Of a stretch of DNA of 64,000 bases, positions 53,461 to 64,000 are shown piece by piece. Below the pieces are notes generated by a model. That model did no database searches, had not been told where the DNA came from, and saw only the letters and a list, made by a program, of their open reading frames with translations. Position 1 is the stretch's first letter, and every line of letters starts with the position of its first letter. The stretch is from contig CM120647.1 of the NCBI GenBank assembly GCA_051362555.1, positions 6,076,001 through 6,140,000 of the forward strand. The letters are read 5' to 3'. This stretch comes from Lingula anatina. Lineage: Eukaryota; Animalia; Brachiopoda. Made by a program: the position numbers and the translations under genes.

Positions 53461-53634
53461 GTATGATAGTTTATTTTCTTCTATTACAAACTTTAAAGAA
53501 GAACAGGTTAGAAATCCTTTTCAAATAAATGTTGGTCATATTTAGTCAGATCTGAACTAAATCAGTGATAAATTTAATACATATTGGTGAAATATTTTAT
53601 CTTTTAGCCAAAGTAGAATATATTTAGTATTTTA

Positions 53635-53849
53635 GGCTGTATTCCCAGAGCTTTTAGATCGATCTATCCCCGCGGGGAGTCTCACTAGATTACTGTCAGA
53701 TAATCCGGCTTAAATGTCCGTCCCGCCTACTACAAGCTGTAAGGGGGTAATTAACTTTCGTGTCTGCTCGGCTGACAGCTATTTAGCGTGAACCCCCAGG
53801 GAGTTAGGTCGATCTAAAGTAGATGGGTCTAATCTCTGGAAATGGGGTC
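53635..53849. mobile_element. Family A MITE, 215 bp, inverted relative to 32010-32224
   Basis: tta|ggctgtattccc ... ggaaatggggtc|taa. Confidence 0.9.
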
Positions 53850-53870
53850 TAATAGTAATTTTCTATATAA

Positions 53871-53952
53871 TGTGCATGGGTGTGTACATGTGGGTGTGTG
53901 CATGTGGGTGTGTGCATGTGGGTGTGTACATGTGGGTGTGTACATGTGGGTG
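53871..53952. repeat. 14-bp minisatellite (gtgt(a/g)catgtgggt)n
   Basis: Direct reading; about 5 copies. Confidence 0.85.
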
Positions 53953-53976
53953 GACTTTATGTGAATTTAATTTGAT

Positions 53977-54497
53977 TATGCTCTAGATTGAGGAATTGTC
54001 TTTTATATGCTCTAGATTGAGGAATTGTCTTTTATATGCTCTAGATTGAGGAATTGTCTTTTATATGCTCTAGATTGAGGAATTGTCTTTTATATGCTCT
54101 AGATTGAGGAATTGTCTTTTATATGCTCTAGATTGAGGAATTGTCTTTTATATGCTCTAGATTGAGGAATTGTCTTTTATATGCTCTAGATTGAGGAATT
54201 GTCTTTTATATGCACCAGATTGAGGAATTGTCTTTTATATGCTCTAGATTGAGGAATTGTCTTTTATATGCACCAGATTGAGGAATTGTCATTTATATGC
54301 TCTAGATTGAGGAATTGTCTTTTATATGCTCTAGATTGAGGAATTGTCTTTTATATGCTCTAGATTGAGGAATTGTCTTTTATATGCTCTAGATTGAGGA
54401 ATTGTCTTTTATATGCTCTAGATTGAGGAATTGTCTTTTATATGCTCTAGATTGAGGAATTGTCTTTTATATGCACCAGATTGAGGAGTCGTCTTTT
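53977..54497. repeat. 29-bp minisatellite, about 18 copies
   Basis: Unit tatgctctagattgaggaattgtctttta, with occasional gcaccag variants. Confidence 0.97.
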
Positions 54498-54585
54498 TAT
54501 TTTTATTCTCTCTGTAGGTTGTAGAGGCCATTTACTCTTATGCTCTATATTGAGAAATCATCTTTTTTTTTTATTCTGTCTGTAG

Positions 54586-54747
54586 GTTGTAGAGGTCTCT
54601 CCACCTCCAAAGGCGCAGGAACCACCCCAGCCATCCCCCAAGGTTGTCACGGTAACCCAGGTAACAACTGTCATACCACAGGACACAGAAATGGCGGAGG
54701 CCGAGGAGGAAGAAGATCAGACAGATGCTACAGAGAGGAGAGATGAT
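54586..54747 (+). CDS. scrib: Scribble exon 16 (linker)
   Basis: ctgtag|VVEVSPPPKAQEPPQPSPKVVTVTQVTTVIPQDTEMAEAEEEEDQTDATERRDD|gtgagt; 162 nt. Confidence 0.85.
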
Positions 54748-54972
54748 GTGAGTGTTTATAGTTTTTTTTTCACTAAAATTGCAGCAAACTTAAATTGTTG
54801 AATTTTTCATAATAATATTTAGTTAATCTTGCCAAAAGATTTGACTATAGAATACTCAGTGATGATTGTCTTTTTTACATTACAAGATCCAGTGTATTTA
54901 TTTATTTTTTTTTAATAATTGAAATAATTTTCATGTCTAACAAAATTTGATCATCGTCTCTTTTTCTGCTAG

Positions 54973-55212
54973 GATGATTCTGATGAGTTCACAGAAAGAC
55001 ATGTTGCTTTCCTACCCGACGCGGATGAAGTACCAGACAAAGATCACCGCCTCAGAAGGCGAGACACACCACACCATCTGAAAAACAAGCGAATCAACAT
55101 GGCGTCCAAAGAAGATGCGGAAGAGAAAGTGAGGCAGATCCTAGCGCAAGCAGCGGCACAGAAAAATAGTCCCTCTACACCAGAAAACCCACCATCACAG
55201 GAACTAGGAGAG
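54973..55212 (+). CDS. scrib: Scribble exon 17
   Basis: tgctag|DDSDEFTERHVAFLPDADEVPDKDHRLRRRDTPHHLKNKRINMAS...QELGE|gtaaca; 240 nt. Confidence 0.92.
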
Positions 55213-55610
55213 GTAACAGGGAAAAGTTTTACACATACAATTTGCATTAGACCTAAACGTGGTGATTAGAAAAAGACAAGAAAAGATCGAGGTCTAAGCT
55301 ACATTTTGTGACTCTTGACACTTGATAATGCATGCTGTAATCTTGATTTACTCTGATCAGCTTTTATGAGAATAAAGACAAATTAAACCAGTTATGTTAT
55401 AGAGATGAAGAACTGTGCATCTTTGACACTAGCGTTTTCTGGAATTTTTTAAAGGCTCTAGTTTCCTGTCTGATTACAATCATCTAAGATAAGACATAAA
55501 TCTGTTTTATATTGCTGTTAATATTAAGATAAAGACATCCTAAACCAGTTGTATGAAGTAATTAAAGATGAAATATTAAGAGTAAGCTAACAAATTACCC
55601 ATCTCCACAG

Positions 55611-55784
55611 GAGGATGAAGAGAACCAGATGCCCCCCTCCATCCTTGCCTCAAAGGAGCAGCCGGTCCCCATGGAAGTTGCTGAAGAAGAGGTTCAGATA
55701 CGGATAGAGCGCCAGCCGGGTCAGGGCCTGGGTATCAGTATAGCTGGCGGAAAGGGATCCACTCCATTCAAAGGGGATGATGAG
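55611..55784 (+). CDS. scrib: Scribble exon 18 (PDZ1 start)
   Basis: ccacag|EDEENQMPPS...IRIERQPGQGLGISIAGGKGSTPFKGDDE|gtaggt; 174 nt. Confidence 0.95.
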
Positions 55785-56216
55785 GTAGGTTTGGTCTCGT
55801 CTTGGTGGGTGTTGACATCTATATTGCTGTTGATTTTGACTGAGAAGAAAAGATGCAGGAACTTTGGTGCTTGAAGTTTGAATGTGTTACTCTTGAGACA
55901 AATTTGATATTGTATCTGTAGAAAGTACACATTTTAATATTTATGTTCTGAAACGTCAAGAAACTGCCAACTGAAACCAGGTTTGAAGTTATAAATGATG
56001 TGATGTGCAAGAATTGTTTATGCAATGCATATTAGCAATTGATCATAAGATTTGCAAAATGCGAAAGCATGTTCAGAGTTGGTCCTGTCTTGGTACTTCT
56101 ACAGGTAAATCAATCAATGTAGTATGAATACAAAAGACTTCATATAGAACGCACTTCTTTCAATTTAACCAGCTTGACTTGCCTAAATGTCATCCTAATG
56201 TGAATGCAGTTACACA

Positions 56217-56372
56217 CAGTGTTAGAAATTAAGGCTGGACTGTCTGCCCGGGGCTGACAACTTTCAGAACAGGCTGAGAAGTTTTCCCACCCGGCAGACA
56301 TTCAGTCCATGTACTTTTCAAGATGGCTGGACTTTCGGTCCAGCAACTTATTTTCCTAAGAGGCAAACACTG
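56217..56372. mobile_element. hAT-type MITE with 8-bp TSD
   Basis: TSD gttacaca at 56209-56216 and 56373-56380; ends cagtgtt / aacactg. Confidence 0.8.
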
Positions 56373-56450
56373 GTTACACATATAAGTCCATAGCACAAGA
56401 CAAATGATTTAATTCAGAAATAATCAGATATGTCACCTCATTTGTTCCAG

Positions 56451-56528
56451 AATGTATTCATCTCCAAGGTCACCCCTGATGGTCCATCAGAAGCTGCTGG
56501 TATTAAAGTCGGGGACAAACTCATCTCA
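56451..56528 (+). CDS. scrib: Scribble exon 19 (PDZ1)
   Basis: ttccag|NVFISKVTPDGPSEAAGIKVGDKLIS|gtatgt; 78 nt. Confidence 0.95.
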
Positions 56529-56871
56529 GTATGTACTTGCTAAATATATTAAATGATAAAACTGAATTTTGGTAATATAAATTGTTAAAACGTTGATATT
56601 ATGGTTAAACATTTTTAAAGAGACTGAACATATTTTCTACTTTTGAAAATGACATTTCCACCCTTTATCATAGTTAAATGTCCTGCCTTGTCGGTTAAAA
56701 ACATGTTTAATCTCCTTTGAAAAGTTGACTTTTTATCAATAATGTGTTGTTTAAAGAAAGAATTAACCATGTAGTATCAAGATCCTTTAAAAATTTTTAT
56801 GGTCGCATCTTTGGCATGGTGTTTCATAGTTATGGAGCTTTTTGATACAGCAAATTTTTATATTATTTCAG

Positions 56872-56991
56872 GTAAACAACATTAACCTACTGAACGCGTT
56901 CCACCATGAGGCAGTAGAAGCCTTGAAAAAGAGCGGCACGACCGTTACCATGGTGATTGCAAGAGAGGTGTTGGTTCCATCGGAACCCTCG
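56872..56991 (+). CDS. scrib: Scribble exon 20 (PDZ1 end)
   Basis: tttcag|VNNINLLNAFHHEAVEALKKSGTTVTMVIAREVLVPSEPS|gtaggt; 120 nt. Confidence 0.93.
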
Positions 56992-57353
56992 GTAGGTTTT
57001 ACGAGTCATAATTTTAAGAAACTGTTGTTGAAAGAAGTTGTTATTAAGGTGTAGTTGTTAGTTGATAATTTCACGAATTTACAACAATAGTTTCTTCAAT
57101 CTGTTCTTAATCTCGGAGTTAAGACCACCCCATTATTTCAGCACCTCACGAAGATGATTTCTTTGGGGATTTGAAGAAACTGTCGTTGTGGCTTTGAGTG
57201 AATTACAAAGTTGATGAGATTTTTTTGCTGAATTGCACAAAACTGAATATTTGGAATGGTAAAGAAAATTTATATATTCAGCTATATGGTTACTAGGGAT
57301 TTTGATAATGATAGGATTTGGATGTGATTTTTAAACAGCTGTTGTGTTTTCAG

Positions 57354-57380
57354 TGGAGAGATTTCTACGACCATAAACAG
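57354..57380 (+). CDS. scrib: Candidate 27-nt alternative microexon (WRDFYDHKQ)
   Basis: ttgtgttttcag|tggagagatttctacgaccataaacag|gtaaaa; frame-preserving in a phase-0 intron. Confidence 0.45.
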
Positions 57381-59139
57381 GTAAAAATGGGTGATACGCG
57401 ATATCTTATTGGTTCCTGCACTAATCCTTGCGTCCATTTGCTCCTATCTAAATTGTTTTACATTAAACTTAATAAGCAAGACAGTCTGTTGAAGTCCCTC
57501 TTTATAATCTCGTCAAACCCATCCTTTGGTGACATATTTACCACTTCTATTTCCAGGGTATGTATACGAAGTGGATGTATACAAATTTATTTCCTTATTT
57601 GTTCCTTATTTTTGAGGAGGGGGAGGGTTTCAATGCATTAAGAAATATATGCACTCTGAAAATTAATGTAAAACATTTTAGTTGAACCAATAAGAGTAGT
57701 TCTTTGGCATATTTTCTCTCTGCTGCTAGGACATTTTTTTATAATCAGTGGATGTGGATTATTATATTATATTATGTCTTGCCATCTTTATTATAATCAT
57801 ATTATTCTTGAAGTCAAAGCGAGAAGTAGACCCTATGTATTGGGTTTATTTTGCTGATTGTTTTGTGATTTTTCTGTGAATTTTTGAGGTGGTTGGAATA
57901 AAAAAGAAAAATATTAATCACCATATATATTTTTGAAGCATATTTTCACAATGTGATGTTCTTTTAAATTTCATAGGGTAGCAGCTTAGAAACAAATTTC
58001 CATTTCTAATTCAGTCAAAGAAATGACTCAATTTAAAATGATAATTTATTTATTTATTTATTTATTTATTTTTTTAGATTTTTTTTTACAAATATAATTT
58101 TGATTTAATGGGACATTCTGTACCTTTGCACTTATGGGCTAAGGGAACATGTGCACCAAACGTCAATATAAATTTTTAAAGAATTGCACTGTATTCTGAT
58201 GCTAGGTACTCCATGAGAAAAATTTGTGGCAGATATTGATTTATACTCAGAAGAGCATGTCTCACTTTAGCATGGCTTTGGGCTGCATACATATCAAACA
58301 GCTTTTCTATCCTAAGGTTCATGATGTAATTTAAAGCGTGTTCAAACTGGTGGAACTTGAAACCCAGAATAGTTTGAATGACATCATCAGACAAGCCAAT
58401 CACAATGTGCAGATTGATATAGGAGAAAAAAATTGTTTAAAGTAGTTTGAACAACAAAAAAGAAAAGAAAAAAATGGTTCTTCTCAAATTTCTATCTGAA
58501 ACACAAATAGAAGTCCTACTTAAAATTGGTTCGGCCATTCTCTCATTAAAAAAGGGGTTGAGGTCACCCACAATTTGGATATCTGAAAGTAAAATCGCCA
58601 CTGTATAGCATAAAAATGTTTGGAAAAGTAAGACAACCTTTTTGGACCTCTTCAGACAACCCTATTTATTATATTTCAAGGTCCCAGATTTGAGTGATGT
58701 CATTGAGACAAATTCTCTCTTAAGTTAAACCAAAGTTGAACAAGACTTATCGTGTATATATTAGTATTCAACGTGAATCTGTGGCTGATTCTTTCATGTG
58801 ACTCAGAAGAGATTGTTTCAATCTAGAAAGTGAACCTGTGGGTAAAGTTACTCTTGACTTGTTATGTCTTCAATCATATAGTTATATATTTTCATTCTCG
58901 TAGTATGGTATAATATATATACAACAATTATCTTGCAAGTATTCTAGCCATAGGCATCTTGAACCAACCACTGGTTTCTGTTCTGTTTTTAATTATTCTG
59001 TACCATGCATCTTCCTCTTAGTTCATTCTAACATTTATATACCAAATAGAGTTTATTTACATGTTTACTGAATCTTGGTGGCTATTTTGATTTTTTGCTT
59101 CAACTAACTTGGAGCCCCCTGGTGGCATGTTTATTGCAG

Positions 59140-59229
59140 AAGGTCGTACCTAACAGTGAACGTAAGAGGCGGGGCAGTGGCAATAGTGTAACATTTGCAC
59201 CAGAACCAGAAATGGAAATTCATGCCGAG
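59140..59229 (+). CDS. scrib: Scribble exon 21 (PDZ1-PDZ2 linker)
   Basis: ttgcag|KVVPNSERKRRGSGNSVTFAPEPEMEIHAE|gtatta; 90 nt, symmetric phase 0. Confidence 0.8.
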
Positions 59230-60829
59230 GTATTATTTGGCTTCTTTCCTCTCTTTCCTTCCTTCTGTTTCATTCTTGGTTTTATGGGAGACTTTCTGTT
59301 GAATTGGGTGGTAAATTATGGGATATTGTGATGCATTGTGGGATATTAGAGCGAGCACTGTAGTAGAATTGCAATGTGGATTTTGTTTGATAATGGATTG
59401 TTTTGCTACACCTGTGGAATTTTGCTTGATGATATTGGAGGCAATAGATCCAAATTAAAGATAAAATGAAAAAAGTAAATTACTTTTACTTCAACATGGA
59501 TAGCTTCCAATATTGTATGCTTGTGATAAATTTTGTATGGAATGAGTGGGAGCTCTTTGTAACCATACACCATGATATTAAATCACCTGCAGAAAATTAG
59601 ATCAACTTAGTCTGTATATCAAATACCATAAAATACTATATTATTAATCCCCTTCTGTCTACAAAACTAATCATTTCACACTGCTTGGAAAATGTATTTC
59701 ACTCAAATTTAGAAAAATTTCCTTTTTCACTTCACCCTTTGTGTAGGACCCATAGTCTAAGAATAGAGCACTAACAGGGGCACATTATCTTCTCATACAT
59801 AAGTGCTCAGCCAGATGTCATTTTTGGTAATTTCTCACAAATTTGCAACATCCTATTTTTCGATGTATCATATATTTGGGTTTTAGATTCTCCTTTTAAC
59901 CCAATTCCCGACACAACTCCAAACAGGTTTTTAGATATTTTAAGTCAACAACTGTGGGTTTTCCCAGCAAAATGTTGTTTTTCCAATGGAAATTCATATA
60001 ATTATGCAGGAGTGAAAAGTTGCCATAAAGTTTAAATTGTATGATTTTCGATAAATTTTTCTTGTGAACTTTTAAAAAAATATTGTGTACTTTTACAACT
60101 TTGCAGTTTAAATGTAATGAGAGCAAAATACTTCTGAGAAATTATACAATGAATTTTGTTTGATTTTTGTGAGGAATTACCTTAGAACCTCGTTGGACAG
60201 CCAGATTGATTGAGCAAAGATTTGAGTGTCTGTGGAACAGTGGGACCTCTTTGTTCTGAGTGGGGTTGAACAAGAGAGATCCCAGTGTCTCTCAGATCCC
60301 AAAATCCTTTGCAGGCTGAAATGCACCTTTAGTGGTCTGTGTGCCAGTTAGTATCTGAGACCACACTGTAGGCATGTTTCCAGTGAAGTTGAATTGATTT
60401 AACTTGGCATAGCCCATCTCAGCAGAAATTCTGGTGTTGTTCCACAAAAATTTTGTCTGCTTTCATTTCAGGGAATAGCCTTTTGTTTGTATTGATCAAA
60501 GAACAGATGCAGAGTTGCCTATTTTATTTACACACATTCTATACATTATTCAGGACAGACTCCCGTGGCTTTTAGGCATTATTCTATTGTTAATGGGATG
60601 TTACTCAATAGATAAAAATACTTAGACTACTGCTGAGATGAGTCGGACCAAGTTGGGTCAGTCCATCTTTACTGAAAATACAGCACCAGTTTCCATTAGT
60701 ATTTCAAAGAGGGGGTCGGGGTATTGAGGGCCCATTTCAAGAAAATACTTCCACCATTCCCTACTTGATTGGGGGTTGGTTTTGAAACTTTTTTCATGGT
60801 GTATATTTAAAAGCAATTATTGTTTGTAG

Positions 60830-60925
60830 ACTCTAACAGTGAACCTGGTTCGTGACGACAACGGCCTTGGATTCAGCATAGCTGGCGGAAAAGGAACAGC
60901 ACCAGCGTATAGAGGCGGAAACGAG
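60830..60925 (+). CDS. scrib: Scribble exon 22 (PDZ2 start)
   Basis: ttgtag|TLTVNLVRDDNGLGFSIAGGKGTAPAYRGGNE|gtaaga; 96 nt. Confidence 0.95.
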
Positions 60926-61579
60926 GTAAGATATTGTGGCAGCCATCTTGTTTCTTTTGACTACCTCCTTTTCTCATCAACATTTCCTTTTTTATCCCAA
61001 TCTGATCTGATCTGATCTGGGACTGAATTTGGCCTTAATGGTATCCAGCATGTCTTTTGACATTTGTAATGTACTTTTGATCACATTTTTGACTATTTGG
61101 AAAACATTTGTATATTGCTGAGCTTGGCAGTGTAGCAGCTAATTGTTTAAAAAATCAAAAGTTGGATGTTCGGCCTTGATGATGTCTTGCAAGTTTTTAT
61201 TCATTTATTTTCTGTATTTACATAAAAAAGACAGTATAAGAAAAACTAGGTGTCTTGAAATTATTTTTATAACCTTCAGTCAGAAATAGAAATGAAGAAA
61301 TATCAAAAATTTTGACTGTTGTCATTTGTTTATAAGTATCTAAAACCAGTGGTCAAAACTTGATTGAATAATATCATCAATAGCAAAGATACAAAAAAAA
61401 AATCTTTCGTACATGATGATAATTATGAGTTAGAATTAAAATCTTTATCAGATATCCGTGATATATAAAAGTGTGCTTGGTTTTCTCTTTGCTGCTTCTG
61501 TCTGGCAGAGGTTCTCTTTTCTGGAGGTATGTTGTCGCATGCTTGTTGTGCTTATTGATGTTAATGTTCCAAAGACTGC

Positions 61580-61930
61580 CTATGACATCCTACCAATATT
61601 TTAAACCCTATAGATATCTTTAAAATTTGATATCCTGCAGATATTTGTGAGCCTACAGATATTCCATGATTTCCTATAAGTTTTATGATAACCTACAGAT
61701 AACCCTGCCATTATCAATTGATATCCTACCAATATTTATATCCTATTTCTACCCGATATACATATCCTAGCTATGATATCCTTTGATAATTGATATTGTG
61801 ATATTGTTTTACATCCTACAGATATTTTGTGATATCATTTGATAGCCAGTGGAAACCCTTTGATATTTTATAAACAATAATCTCCTGGAAATATATATTG
61901 ATTGATATCCTAAATATATGGATATCCTCT
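61580..61930. repeat. Highly degenerate gatatcct(ac)-rich repeat region
   Basis: Many gatatcct, gatatt and cctacagat motifs. Confidence 0.6.
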
Positions 61931-61960
61931 GGTATTTAATTTATACCTGGTGGATGACAT

Positions 61961-62048
61961 TTGATTATAAATGCCCTTTTGGGCTTAAAGTCAAGAATTC
62001 AGGCTTGATTATAAATACCCCTTTGGGCTTAAAATCAAGAATTCAGAC
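61961..62048. repeat. 44-bp tandem duplication
   Basis: ttgattataaat.ccc.tttgggcttaaa.tcaagaattcag occurs twice. Confidence 0.85.
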
Positions 62049-63300
62049 TAAGGCTATTTTGGACAGAAAATGGGTCTTAATCGTGTCAGCAGATGGCATC
62101 CAAATTATGTTGTAAATATTGAATGGTTCATGTATTGGGACCGTTTTTGTGTCTAAAATGGCCCTAGTCGGAAGGCTGCTTTGTGTCCTGTGAAAACCAA
62201 ACTCGCTAGAAACTAGTGCTGCTGAAAATAATGACAGATGGAGCCACCCCTCAAGAAACCCTGCAAAATCTGAACACAACATCCTTGTTCTTTGCTTATG
62301 AAATGAAAAATACCTGCAGGTCATGGTTTATGGACACCAGCGAGTGTTACAATCTTTGATGTTGTTATTTTTGCAGTTTTTGGTGTTCATTTTTTATTAT
62401 TGCTTATACTTTTCATTTTTCAAATGTTATAACTATCAGTGCTATTCAATTTATTTTTGTTTGTTTATTATTTAGTAATTTATTTTTCTAAAGCAGTTGA
62501 ACAAATTCTGTTGTTATTTCACACCCTAAAGTGCAATCTCGCTCTTGCTTTTTCTTATCCGCCGTTTTATAATGAATATGTGTAGCTTTCTGTTATAAAT
62601 TAATTTCTGTTAGCTTATTAAATTTTTTGATCAATACACATGTCTGCATCAAACAAATGCATCCAGGCCTTTGCTGCCATATTTTAATCAGGATTACTTT
62701 GTTATGTAACTTGCAAATGAAAATCAAAGGTTTGAACAAAATTGTAAAAAAAAAAATTAAAAAAAAACTTAGATATAAAGAATCTGACCCATGTTTTTTT
62801 AGCCACACTCTAAATGGAGGCTAAATATGGTTGAAAAAAAAAAAAAGAAATTAAGAGCTTGAAAATGATATTGTTCACCAATTTGGATAGGGTATATATA
62901 TTCCATAAATAAGGGGAAATAACTGCAACTTAAAGAATTAAAAGAAAAATCGGAGGGTGGAGTGGTGTTGTTTTAAGGTTAAATGAGTGTTGTTAGTGCA
63001 ATTTTAGAGGTGTCAGGGAGGCAGCCTTAGATTTTTTACGAAAGTTTTATTCATTATTGACTTATATTTCCTTTTGTTTGCATAATTTTTATGAAGCTTG
63101 TATGTTTTTGACATGTGCACTTAGCAATTTTTAGAACTGTTACAGCGCCTTTGGCGACCCTAGAATGGAATTGGTCCCAACTGAACTATTGCTATTATGT
63201 TAATGCTTAAAAATACATTGAGAATGTGCTTATTTGTGCAGTGTTGTCATTGAAAAAGTTTGACATAGATTGTTAACGATAGAATACTGTCTCATTCCAG

Positions 63301-63381
63301 GCTATTTACATCTCTAGAATAACAGAAGGTGGCGCTGCTGACAGGGACGGGCAGTTGATGGTAGGGGACAGGATTCTCTCG
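63301..63381 (+). CDS. scrib: Scribble exon 23 (PDZ2)
   Basis: ttccag|AIYISRITEGGAADRDGQLMVGDRILS|gtgagt; 81 nt. Confidence 0.95.
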
Positions 63382-63874
63382 GTGAGTGGTATATTTTTTT
63401 CTAACCACAAGGTACTGAAGAGTTATGTGTTGAGACTTATTTGGGCATGAAGGAAGTTTTAATTTTTTTTTTTTTTTACAATTGAGTCTCATTGATGTTG
63501 CATCTCCCTCTCAGCAACTTCAGCAAATCCACTATTTAATTTTTTTTAAACTTTGGTTATGTCAAATGCTGCTGGATGACTAAGATATATACATGTAATA
63601 TCACTTCTTTAGGTATTTTTTACCTATAATTTGTACTGAATAAGATGATGCCTGCGTTGGTCAAGTTTTAGAACTGGTTTTTGAAAACCATTCCATCATT
63701 TCATTGTCATTTGAGAATGAGGCTATTGGTGTTTAAGTATTCTCGACCTTGAGACACTGAAATATTGCAGTGGTAAGAAGATTTATCAGTTGTTTGAAGA
63801 AACTATTATTGTATCTTTTAACAAAACGCAGGTGACAAAATTCTTTCTTGAAACAGTCTACTTTTTTATTACAG

Positions 63875-64000
63875 ATCAACAATGTGGATGTGTCTGATGC
63901 CCGCCATGACCAGGTTGTATCCATGCTTACCACCATGCCCGATCACATCACCCTGGTGGTGTATAGAGAACAACTCATCGTCAAAGAACCAGACCTTGAG
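63875..64000 (+). CDS. scrib: Scribble exon 24 (PDZ2 end; runs to the window edge)
   Basis: ttacag|INNVDVSDARHDQVVSMLTTMPDHITLVVYREQLIVKEPDLE. Confidence 0.93.
   Translation, partial: MNNVDVSDARHDQVVSMLTTMPDHITLVVYREQLIVKEPDLE

Noticed and set aside
56866-56877. tttcag|gtaaac at exon 20 as a recursive splice site
   Set aside because: GTA AAC encodes the conserved Val-Asn of the PDZ fold, so coding constraint explains it.
58681-58728. Exon-like segment after atttcaag in intron 20
   Set aside because: Weak AAG acceptor, an in-frame TAA and no convincing donor.

Overview
AT-rich, intron-rich eukaryotic (animal) genomic DNA; the repeat content suggests a marine invertebrate, which is inference. 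The window is dominated by the 5' part of a plus-strand Scribble gene (scrib, LAP family). I reconstructed 24 GT-AG coding exons by hand from 6498 to the window end. They join in one open frame of 993 codons: N-terminal MLKCIP motif, LRR region, LAPSD regions, an acidic/proline-rich linker, PDZ1 and PDZ2, and the gene continues past 64000. Intron 2 is about 24.6 kb. Introns hold many non-autonomous DNA transposons (PIF/Harbinger-like fold-back MITEs, hAT-like, piggyBac-like, nested MITEs, a Helentron/DINE-like relic), minisatellites, a 64-bp satellite with a higher-order repeat, and microsatellites. The most unusual pattern is recurrent tandem duplication across splice sites: degenerate copies of acceptor plus exon start lie upstream of exons 4, 15 and 16, and a donor-side duplication follows exon 7. 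Also notable are candidate microexons, a near-identical inverted MITE pair bracketing exons 4-15, and MITEs flanked by 60-75 bp direct repeats. No prokaryotic system, CRISPR array, tRNA or rRNA was seen. Most ORF-track entries are spurious.
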